Source: the human T2T-CHM13v2.0 reference genome, Homo sapiens
Direction: 5' to 3' (one strand)
Length of the DNA: 64,000 nucleotides
Assembly: GCF_009914755.1 (NCBI RefSeq)
Contig: NC_060935.1
Part shown: positions 53,263 to 64,000 of the stretch, one piece after another
Layout: each line of letters opens with the position of its first letter
Numbering within the stretch: position 1 is the first letter of the stretch
Notes under the pieces: model-generated
The model's database searches: none
What the model saw: the letters and a program-made list of their open reading frames with translations, nothing else
Told to the model about the DNA's origin: nothing
Made by a program: the position numbers and the translations under genes

Positions 53263-56200
53263 AAAATTCTACGTTGGGTTCATTGACTTTAAATTTGAAG
53301 GTCAAATTCTTGGCTTATTTGAAAATGTTTGGTTATTATTTAAACATTTTTTCTTCCCTTTTTCTCTCATCTTTTGGAAATTAACTATGGGTATATTACA
53401 ACACTTAAGATTTTTTTCACAGAACACTAAATTTCTGTTATTTCTATTTATTAAAAAGTCTTTCTCTCTCTCTCAGTTTAAATACTAAATAGGGATATGT
53501 ACAAGCTCACTGACTATCTCCTCTGCCATCTCTTATTTGTGTGAAGCTCATTCAGCACATTTTATTTCAGATATTGTAATCTCACTATTAGAATGTCCAT
53601 TTAATTTTTAAAATGTCTTCTGAGACTTCCAAGTACTCAGTTATATTTACATTATCTTTTAATATTATATTTTCTTTTGACATGTTGATGATAGCTATTT
53701 TAATGTTCTTGCTTGCTAATTCCAATGGGGCCATCTTAGGGTCTGCTTCTATTGGCTATTTTTTTGCATTCTAGTAATTTGTTATTGTATGGTAGACCCT
53801 GTAGGTGATACATTGTAAGGAGTCTGGATTACCTTGTCCTTTTTAAAAGAAAGCTGAATTTTGTCCTGGCAGGCAGTTAAATTGTTGGCAGATCTTTTTG
53901 AACCTGTTAGGATTGTTTTTATTTGGATTAAATGGGTCAAGTTCAGTTTTATCCTTAGCCCTAGGATGTGGCTCTTTCTTCAGGGCATGGTTCTTACTCC
54001 TAAGTGGAGACCTTTCTGAAGTCTCAATGGAATGTCCAAGGCTTACCATAAGGTCTCTATACTCACCTCCTAGAATTATGCAAACTCTAGGATCTTCATT
54101 TAGCTCTAAGGCCCAGAGCATCCATTCTCTGCTAGGCCTTGAGCCTTTCACCACTTGAGGTAGCTTCTCTCTGCAGCTCTCTCCCGTTCTTTACCCTGTC
54201 ACTCAAATTCAAGGAGTTTTAGTAGTTCTGAATGCTGATGTCTGTTTCCAGGTCTCATATGGGCTCACGTGCTCTGCTTGAGCTCCTCTTTCCTGTGTCA
54301 CCATCTAAAAAGTATCCTTGGTCAGAAAGCTTAATACCTCCTCTGAAGACTGATAATATACATCATCTTCCTGGACCAGTCTACAAGTGAGGGACAGTGA
54401 ATATTTTGAATGGCAGCTTTTAGGTAAGCAGAGAATATGCAATGGGGGTGCATAAATAAGTTTCCTGGAAGCCATTTGTTTGAGGAGCTAAGGTCTTTAT
54501 GTTGCTCAACTGGCTGAATCTCAGGGGTACAGGTAAGTGTGGACTAATGATAGAATGAATGTTAGAAGAGATTTATCACCTAATATGTACCTGAATGCTG
54601 CAACATTAAAAACAAAACTATTAAAGTTATTTTTAAAGACAAAGAGGTTAGGATTGCTTCTTTAGTTTTCAGCAACTGTAAGGTAACCTGTTTAAATAAT
54701 TAGGGTGGAGGTATAAGTTCATTCTCTTTTGACTAGTAGGCCATCAAGTGGCCAATGGATTGCAACCGTTCCCAGAGATCCTATATTTTTAAACTAATTC
54801 TCTTCTGGATTTGAACAACTTATATTTCAACTGCTTCCAAATTCTTTAAAATATTTTGGTCACCAGCTTGTTACAGGTGCTGAATCTCTTGCTCCACATA
54901 GGTCACTCATGGGTGAATGCAACATCTGCAATATTTGCTTACTGGAGAAAAATCATTTACATTCAGAGGTCTCGGTTGCTACAAACATAATTCTGGAAGT
55001 AGATCATACATTCCATTTAGCTACTTTGATTCCCTGTGGAAAAAAAAAGGTGTTGAGCTCTTCATCTATATCTTCATTATATCACATTTTATCTTTTATT
55101 ATGTTTTGATGTAAGATATCTTGTTTGTTTATCTGTTGTTTATTGTCTTGTTTTCTCTGCTGTAATGGTAAGATCTATTAGAACAAAATCCTTGTAGATT
55201 TTATCCCTCTTTGGAGTTTAGAATTGGAAATAGTATTTTCTCAGTAATAATTTTTATACATATATCTCATCTTTTCTTGACAGATAACAAATCCTCAAAG
55301 AGAGATAGAGTCTTACTCATCTCTAACATGTGCTTGACTGTGGAAGACTGCCAATTAATAATGATTGAGTGATTTGCTAAATAAATAAAATCTCTGAACA
55401 TTGCAGTTAATGTTAGTAAGTATTAAAGTTGAAATAGTGCTTGAACGTTCAGCAGTGAGAGAAGGAGGCAAGGTCCAGACCCTGGAAGGGAAGGGAATAT
55501 ATTCCATTTTGTGAAGATTCCTTCCTGGCTATGGTCAGCAGCCACAAAATTCCCCCTGGTAATTTCTACAGAAACACTGACACTGACTCCAGACAGTATG
55601 TATTTGCATTATGGAGGTCAGGGACTGGAAGTTAGGATTTTGCCATCTTTTCTTGGCTCTGTTACGCTGTCTTTGCACAGCATGACCTTGTAGAATCATA
55701 GCATCTTTGTGCTATTTTGTCCCTATGGAGATAAGAGAGCAGAAAAGAAGAGCTTTTTTCCCCCTTCCCACATAAGTGTTTGTTTTTAGCCTCATGAATT
55801 TGCTAGAGTGCTTAGATACCAAGGTGACAGATGTCAGAGAAAATGTGACAGCAAAATAACTTTTAGGAAGATATATGGAAGTGAAGTGTATTTCTTGAGG
55901 GGTGTGGAGTGTGGGGTCTGGAATAATTTAGTGAAAAGTTGGGAGATCTTTTTATGAATTTAGTAGACAAGTTTAGTCCTGATTCAGATAGGATCTTGGC
56001 CAAGGTCAAGGGAATGAGGTAGTTCTAATGGGCATTGATCAGAGTCACCCCATAGGGGTCTTAGGTAAGGCATGAATGGCAGAAGCTGAAGCCAGAAAGA
56101 ATTAGAATTGAATGTGCCACCTGTCTCCCCCTAACACAATTGGCCTGTTGCGGTGATTGCTGTTCCAAAACAGAGAAGCTGCCTCCAAAGGTGTCACAAA

Positions 56201-58669
56201 TCACAACATGCTACTCCAGCTCAAGCATTCTACTGTTTCATTTTTTTTTGTTATAGTAGCAAATAATATTGCTGTGGACAACCAAAGAGATATAGTCTTT
56301 CATTTATTTATTTTTGGGCTTCTTTGTTACCTGTGTGTAAGGTTGGGGGGACAGGGAGTAGAGATGATAATGAGGATGGTGGAAAGGCTTAGGGAAGAGA
56401 CTGGAGGAGTGTGAAGCCTATCTTCATTTTTCTAACCTCTTCATTTGTAGCCACGTCATGAGAGAGAGGTACTGAGAGCAATACAGAGTTGCCATAACAA
56501 CTAATAAACTGTAATTTGTCAAAGGAGGGGGAATGGAGTCAAGAATACCAAAAACAAACACAAAAAACAAGAAAGGGGGGGTGGGGAGAGAGAGATTTAA
56601 GAAAGGGAAGACTGAGTTTTCAGTGAACAGTGAGATGAATGTAAAAGTGTGTTTTAGACTGCCTTAGTGGGGAATATATGATAATGAATTAAAATATAGA
56701 AGGGGAGATGAAGAAAATGACAACCATTCATGTAAGGATATATTTTAAAACATGGAAGTTCTCAAAATGAAAGAATTGATTTGAGATAGCAAACTAGGGG
56801 AATCTCACACACACACACATACACTCTCTCTCTCCAGAAGAGAAGGAGCCTGGGACCATCATGCAAGGCCAAATTGATGTAGATGATTTTCACGTTGAGA
56901 TTTCTAAGGGTGCTCTCCCATGATTGAACTGAGGCATTGTATGTGGGGATGGTAGCATTGTGTCTCCATGGGTCAATGCCTTTTAATGTCCTACCCTTCA
57001 CCTCACAGACCACAGATCCACACCATCATCCCTGCCCTTCCAGTTGACTGAAGAAATAAACCAGCAAGAGGCACAGAGCAGGGATTCCAGGAAGATGGGA
57101 TGGGAGGCAGCAGGGACACCTGACGGCTTCTCCCAAAGCCTGGGCTGGGAGGTCCAGAGTTAAGGGCAGTAGTGCAGTCATTCATTCAACAGATATTTTT
57201 GGAGTCCCAAGTTTCAGTTATATGTGGGACACAAGGTGCAGAAAAATGATCCATGACAATGGTGAAGCTGAGGTTGTGCTTGTGTCCATAACTGAGAATG
57301 AAATGTAGGAAGCAAGGTAGAGAAGGAAACTCATTGTCTCTATACTCTATCCCCAAGCTCTACTGGGAGCCAGAGAGGGAGTGACCCCACGATGGCTGGC
57401 CAAGAGCAGGAGATGGATGAAGAAGCTGAGGGATGTTTCTCAGGAAGAAGAGTAACAGGCATATTTTCACGTAGTAAAAGGATTATGGTGTCTGAAACTA
57501 GGGGTCAAAGTCTCCAGTGATCAAACTGCTTCCCTCAATCTGCTTCTCTCACCTTCAGCAAGGAACACATGGATCCTTTTTGCTGCTGAGTTGAGCCCAC
57601 CTTCTCCTTTGTGAGCAGGGAGGATCTTGGTCCCCTTATTGGGCTTGGCAACTGCGCCTCAGAGCAGAATAAGACTGATGAAGTATGGCTGTGCCTGTTT
57701 TCCATTAGAAACATTAGCAAACTTGACTACAAAAGGCCACCTTGCAGAACAAAAAACTTGCAATGTGCAAAGTACAATGAAAATCTCCCAGCTGCCAAGA
57801 CAGGGGACCTTACAGAAGATAGAGCATAAAAGAGATTCTGCACAAAACAAAAGTCAGAACACAATGGTATACATTTGAAGCACATGAAAGGCTGTGTGGC
57901 AGCAATACTAAAGAGACATGATTTTCCTACAGAACAGGGGCAGAGGAAGAGCAGAAACCCAATCAGCCAATACGATTGTGGCAGAGAAACAGATCTGGTC
58001 CTGTAAAGGGAGAGGGGGGAGAAAGCTTATTTTTTATGAATTAATCTCCAGTTGGTTTTCATAAGTTGTTCAGAAACAAGTGAGCACATGAATAATACAT
58101 ACTGTACACAGGCCCAAAAACACAGAGCTATCTCCAGTTGAGATTGTGAAAATGAAGACATTTTGAGAAAGATAATTGAGTAAATCGACCAGAAGGAAGG
58201 CATCTTAAGGTAGAGGCATGAGTAGCAGCAGGGAACAGACACCCCAAGGGGAAAATGTATATTTCTAATTTCCCCAATTAGCTTGCAGATTCCTGGAGAG
58301 CTGGGATAATCTTTTCAACTTTAACAGAATTATATGTTCCCAGGTTATATAAAATAACACTTTGCCTGTAGTAGGTGCTAAAAATATTAATAGATAAATT
58401 AATTCAATGTTGATGTGGTAATAAATTTGACTGATAATTATGGTATCATTGGTATGGAAATAAAAAAGTAGAAATCTATGTTCCTGGGACCGACATTGAT
58501 AAGGATGAGGCGCCCGTTAGTTGCATAGATGAATAAATAAATCCAGGGATGATGTGCTTTCAGTGATGTTTTATGTGGTGGTACAATTCATTGATTAGCC
58601 AACCAACCTCAAAGTGGCATACCTGCTTTATCTAATGACTGCAATACTGAGCTGAAGTTAGAGGTCCTG

Positions 58670-58865
58670 CTCAGTGCTTCCACAGAACAATAGTCCCACA
58701 AGAAGCTCTGTGGAAAAAGAATTCCATGGTCAATTAAGCTTAGGAAATGCTGCTTTCTATATTCCTCTCATTATCATTTAAAAGGCTCAGAGAAATCCTA
58801 CAGTAAATTGCCCTGTTGAACCTTGTTAATCTGATACTTTCCAAACTAAGTTGACTATGGAAGAT
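58670..58865. mobile_element. Old hAT-Charlie fragment (subfamily uncertain)
   Basis: ttccacagaacaatagtcc...gctctgtggaaaaa...ttaggaaatgctg resembles old Charlie MITEs. Confidence 0.4.
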
Positions 58866-58945
58866 TTTCTTTTTCTTTATTTCCATCTTCTTCTTTTAAC
58901 AATATCCATTAGCCTCTTTCAAAACTAGCTTTCTATGAAGTGAAC

Positions 58946-59458
58946 TGTGATGGTTAACATTAGGTGCCAGCTTGACTGGGCTAAGGGATGCCCAGATAGC
59001 TGATAAAGCATGATTTCTGGGTGTGTTTGTGAGGGTGTCCCTGGAAGAGATTAGCATTCCATCAGTGGACTGGGTAAGGAAGATCCACCCCCACCAATGT
59101 GGGCAGGCACCATCCAATCTGTTGAGGGATCAAGTAGAACAAAAAGGTAGAAGCATGAATTATCTCTCCTTTCTTAAATTGGGACATTAATTTTCTCCTA
59201 CCCTTGGACACCAGAGCTCCTTGTTCTCTGGCTTTCAGATTCCAAGATTTATACCAATTCTCCCCAGATCTCTGTTGTCAGGCCTTTGGATTCAGGATGA
59301 ATCACACTACCAGCTTTTGTGGCTCCCCAGCTTGCAGATGGCATATTGTGGGACTTCTCAACCTCATAACCACATGAGCCAATTTCCATAATAAACCTCC
59401 TCCTATAGATCTCTATATATCCTATTGGTTCTTTCTCTGGAGAACCCTGACTAAGACA
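58946..59458 (+). mobile_element. MLT2B ERV-L solo LTR
   Basis: TGTGATGGTTAA...cttgactgggctaagggatgcccagatagc...tctggagaaccctgactaagACA. Confidence 0.9.
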
Positions 59459-60729
59459 TAAGGAACCCTGATTTTGTTGTAATGATCAGAGTATTCACCA
59501 AGTGCCTTCCATGTTCTAGGAATAGGGGTGAGACTAGAAAGGGTGACTAACATGCAGCTCCTTCTGTTAGGGAGCTTGGGATCTTGCAGAAGAGACAAAC
59601 CATCATCCATTCACAACCATGCCCATCTCCTCTGACCCTGATCATAGGCTGTGTTCCTTCTGAAGTAGAGCCCAGGTGTGACCCAGCAGGATCTTTTCAC
59701 TCCACCCACTCCAACGCTACATTTCATGTGCCTCCTTTGCATGGATCATTTCCTCTATTCCTAAGCCAAGCAGCCTTGGGCCCCAACCATGCCCACTGTG
59801 AGTGCATGAGGGAAGCTCTGTGCATCTTCTCCACTGAGGCAGCCCCCTCCTGCAAGCTGTTTTCAACGCAGAGGCCCCAGAACAATTGTTACTGTTATTC
59901 ACAGATCTCTCAGATTTTCTCACACCATAGCTACTGGACAGAGAAACATGAAGTGTCTTTCCACAACTCAAAGTGGATACGAGGGTCTTCTCCGGGGAAC
60001 TCTGGCTGCCAAAGTTCTCTGGAAATGGTCACATTGACGCTGTTGTGTAGCTACTTTCAGAGCGAAACCTCACAATGAATGAGCCTATACTCTTGAGTCT
60101 CTAACAGCAGCCTGGGCTATGGTAGGTGAGGTTGCTATTATTTTCTTACTGTGGAGAAGTTATCTTGAGTATCAGTAACAGAGGGCTGAGCCCATGGAGC
60201 ATGTAGAGTATGCCATCAGCCAATGAGATTAGATGATTCCAGTACTGCACTTACTCTCCAGTACGTGGCAATGCAGTCTTGATGGCTACTGAGTGCTTGC
60301 TGCCATATAAAATGAGACTGACACATCCATGCAGAGGGCAGCCACTGCTTCTCCTCCGGGAGGTTTGTAGTGATGGGGAGGAGTCTGCTGCTTCTATTAA
60401 AGTTAGTTATTTTCATTTCTGGCCCATTTCTTCATTATCTCCCACTACACACCCACACACATCTGCTGTACACTTCCATCTTACTCACCCTGGTCCCACC
60501 CCGAGACCTGCAGCAGAGTTTCAAGATTGGACAGTTGTAGATTCATCGGGTTTGCTACTATGGGACTCTGAGTAGATTAACTTTTCTGAGTCTCCAATTC
60601 TCTATCTGGGAGGTGAAGATGATTTCACTTATTGCATAGACTATCAGGTAATTTAATGAGCTGCCAAAGTACAGAGATCCTCCTCCATAGCAAGCGCTTA
60701 GTAGCTAGTTTCCTCATTCTCCTCAATTT

Positions 60730-60923
60730 TCCTCCAATAGAAGTCCACAATGTTGGAAATATTTTATATACATGCTGTCTGGCATGGAAGCTACTTAGAC
60801 CCAAGTGGCTAAGTAGCATTTGAGATGTGGCCAATGCAACTGAGGTACTGAAATTTCAATTTTATTTAGTTTTATTAATGTGAATAGATGCATACGGCTA
60901 GTGGATACCATATTGGTCAGCAC
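60730..60923. mobile_element. MER3 (hAT-Charlie MITE)
   Basis: tccaatagaa...gtggctaagtagcatttgagatgtggccaatgcaactgagg...ggctagtggataccatattggtcagcac. Confidence 0.8.
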
Positions 60924-60992
60924 ATCACTATATAATTTAACTATTAGTTCTTCATACTCAGCACTTCCAGAAGATGAATTAGAGCTCAATCT

Positions 60993-60993
<1 letters not shown>

Positions 60994-61033
<40 letters not shown>
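60994..61033. repeat. (TG)n microsatellite
   Basis: Direct observation. Confidence 0.95.
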
Positions 61034-61035
<2 letters not shown>

Positions 61036-61823
61036 TGCGGGGGTGGTCAATGGCCCTGCAGGGTTTGAAGCCAGCATGAACCGTAGAGAACTTCTAGAAA
61101 TAGGGCCAGGAAAAGAGTGCCTGCCATGCCTCTCTGCCTCTGAGGCCTGGGGAGAATTCACACACCCATCTAACCAGGGATATACCTCAGGAAATGGAGA
61201 CTGTGTCTTGGTGGAATTTCAAACACACTTGAGCTTGAAGAAGATGTTTATATATGCTAGAGATGTTTCAAAAATCTTGCCACAAAAATGTAAAGGGACC
61301 GTCAGACTCCATCTTACTCTATTCCATACAATTGTATCCACCTTTCCAATCGCTGGTCCAAAGATGAAATAACAATATTTGCCAACAAGATTTTAGAGCC
61401 TTGCCAATTAACAGAGAACACTACCTAACCCCATATGAAGACACTTCTCTCTTAGATGTAAGCTAAATTTATAAATGTCAAGGTCTTCAAAATGTTAAAA
61501 CCATTAGAGATAGAGAGTTGGGGAACTGGGGGGGAAGGAGAATGTAAATTTGGTGAAAAATTAGAATATCATGCAATATTTATTTTTGTAGTGCAATTTA
61601 CATATCTAAAATCATTTTGCTAAGAAGAAACATAAAATGTATTATGTATAACTTGATTTGCTCATAAAATTATCATTTAGGTAAAATTAGAGACATGAAG
61701 AACTGGAAAGACAAAATGGAAAAAATAGGAAAGAACAGATTTTTTTTTAACTGATTCATTTTCTTTATATATTTATTTAACAAAAACATGAAGGGGGGCA
61801 TGGGTAAAGTTCCTTCTGAAATA

Positions 61824-62184
61824 CTTTCTTTCTCTTTCTTTCTTTCCTTCCTTCCATCTTTCTACTTTCCCTCTTCTTCTTTTTCTTTTTCCTTCCTTCC
61901 TTCCTTGCTTCCCTTCCCTTCCTTCCATCTTTCCACTTTCCCTCTTCTTCCTTTTCTTTCTTTTTCCTTCCTTCCTTCCTTGCTTCCCTTCCCTTCCTTC
62001 TTTCCTTTACTTCTCCCCCTGCCTCTCTTCCTTCCTCAGTTCCCTCCTTCCTTCCTTCCCTTCCTTCCCTTCCTTCCTTCCCTCCTTCCTTCCTTCCCTT
62101 CCTTCTTTCCTTTCCTTCTCCCCCTGCGTCTCTTCTTTCCTCAATGCCTTCCTTCCTTCCTTCCTTTGTTCCCCTCCACCTCTT
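61824..62184. repeat. CT-rich homopyrimidine tract with internal duplications
   Basis: (CCTT)n-rich, ~350 bp, nearly purine-free on the + strand. Confidence 0.92.
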
Positions 62185-62609
62185 AGGTCTTTACTTAAAT
62201 CATTCCCTTTTTGATCTAAGCCCCCTTTGTTGTTAAGGCCCTGCAGTGAGAATAGCTAGCTGCCCTTTTCCTTAAACCACACCCTCAAGTTAGAGTGCTT
62301 TTGAGACTTCTCAGGTGTCTCTCTTTTACAGCAGAGCATTGCAAATTCTTCCCCACTCCATGCCTGGTCAACTCCTTCAATTTCTTGCCAGTCTTTCCCC
62401 CTGCTCTCAAGCCCAGGGTCCCACAGGCATGGGGGAGCTGGAGTTGCCAAGTGTATCTCCATTTGGCTTCTGTGTGGGCCCACGGATCGGCCATTTGGTC
62501 TGGGCCTATTCTGGTTGGTGGCTGGGGCAGTGCTTTGGTTCTCGCCATTCACTGTGGAAAGAGAAGGAGTTGGGTGGTGAGGAACACAGCTCTAATCAGG
62601 GCCCATTTC

Positions 62610-62870
62610 TCCTAACTGCTCACAAAGTGCCCAGCACTGCCCTAAGCACTTCATATCCATTTCCCCATTTAATCTCCCCCAAACTCTAACATTGCAATGC
62701 TATAATTATTCTATTTCATGGATAAAATGTGGGTTATGGAAAATTAAATCACTTGCCTGAGGTCACACAGCTGGTAAACTGCTAAGCCAGGCCCTTAAGC
62801 CTGCATTCAGACCCAGCCTGCTTGACTCCAGTGTCTGGCCTGAAAAGCCACCCAATAGTGCCTTAACAAC
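62610..62870 (-). mobile_element. MIR SINE
   Basis: gtgcccagcactgccctaagcacttcatat...aatcacttgcctgaggtcacacagctggtaa. Confidence 0.8.
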
Positions 62871-63334
62871 CACCAGCGGCTTCTATTTCCCCAGGGCTTT
62901 ATGGCTGAAAATGTCTCACACACACTGACTTATGTGATTCCTGTGCAACAAGGTTAATAAGGAAGATATGGGACAACTAGTGTTCCCATTTTAGAGATGT
63001 GTGGACAGTCAGAGGTCAAAGTCCCTACTCAGAGTCATATAGTAAACGGTGTTAAAGCAGGTATTCTGACCAAAAATCTATTTTCTTCTCCACACAACGT
63101 TGGGTATGAACAAAGGGAACTGTCTTTGGAACGATGTGCACACACCCGTATGCAAACTTTTCAGACCTGATGCTAGTGCGTGGGGCTGAGGGAGGGTAGG
63201 AAGGCTGGCCCAGCTGAGGGAATGTCTACCACTGTCCTGATACAAAATTTACCACAAGCATTGAGAGACATCGAGAGAGAAGGCTTCTGGCTTTTCTTGC
63301 TGTTTTTGTTTATTTGTTTCTCCTTTTAAAAATC

Positions 63335-63480
63335 TTTTTTATGAGGCTGCCATAAAAACACTCATTAGGCAGTGTTGATTTTCATTAATGTTGATTCTCC
63401 AAGAGCTTAATCAATCTTCTGTGACCAATGACCTCATTCCCCTGGGAGAAGAAAGCTGTTTAACGAATTAGCTTTACAGG
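63335..63480. promoter_or_regulatory. Candidate homeodomain-rich enhancer
   Basis: TTTTATGA/CCATAAAA inverted pair, CATTAATG, TTAATCAATC and AATTA in non-repeat DNA; motif evidence only. Confidence 0.35.
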
Positions 63481-64000
63481 TTGTAGGTAAGGCATTCAGA
63501 TGTGAGGTAGCCCGTGTCGCCAAAACAGGATGTGGATCAGTGGTTTAATATGCACAAAAACAATAGCATTAAACAGTCTCCTTGCTGATTCCAAAACGCA
63601 TCATTAGGAAGCAGCTGTCCTCCTTCCCCTGTTGCACCTGCATCCCTCCTCACTCTCCTTCCTCGTGCTCACTTTTACCTCTGTGAAGTCTGAGCTTGGA
63701 AAGCACCTAGAGGCAGCAGCACATCTGAAGTTGGTAGGAGGAAACAAATCACAGATGCACGAGGGATGCGGGAGGGGAGACGAGCACAGCTATGAGTGTG
63801 GATGGGAGCCTAGCAACTGCTCTAGGAGCTCTCATTATTCCAAGGCAACTAGAAGAACTTCCTTCCAGACAGTATCCTCGCCCAGGTGTTCCTCGCCAAA
63901 AGTTCCATTGTTTATAGGGGCTACGTGCTTTGGGTTAAATTATCATGTCCTCTCCAGGTGGCCTTTTCAAAGGCAGATATTTGGTGGCTAGGTAGCCCAG

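Noticed and set aside
61788-62186. 132-aa F/L/P/S-rich ORF resembling a membrane protein
   Set aside because: Artefact of the CT-rich tract, which cannot form stop codons

Overview
This window is repeat-rich, non-coding primate genomic DNA. It is hominid and most likely human, because it carries a full-length young SVA and an AluY. I can support no intact protein-coding gene, RNA gene or CRISPR array. The ORF track is explained by chance ORFs, Alu/SVA/microsatellite translations and decayed transposon proteins: a hAT (Charlie1) transposase, an ERV-L integrase, L1 ORF2 EN/RT and a Tigger N-terminus. Roughly half of the sequence (estimated by eye) is interspersed repeat: MIR, L2, L3, MaLR and ERV-L LTRs, hAT and Tigger DNA transposons, Alus, an ancient ~6.6 kb L1M, and a two-LTR ERV-L provirus remnant. 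The most notable items are (1) a full-length SVA with target-site duplication (TSD) nested in the old L1, (2) an AluSc with a duplicated 3' end joined by a snap-back insertion, (3) a templated-insertion repair scar, (4) several nested insertion stacks, and (5) repeat-free stretches dense in developmental TF motifs (GATA/T-box/MEIS/PBX-HOX, posterior HOX) plus a CTCF-like site, which suggest an enhancer landscape. I found no evidence for a new biological system. Repeat subfamily names come from recalled consensus sequences and need RepeatMasker/Dfam confirmation. Boundaries of old elements are approximate, and the locus is not identified.
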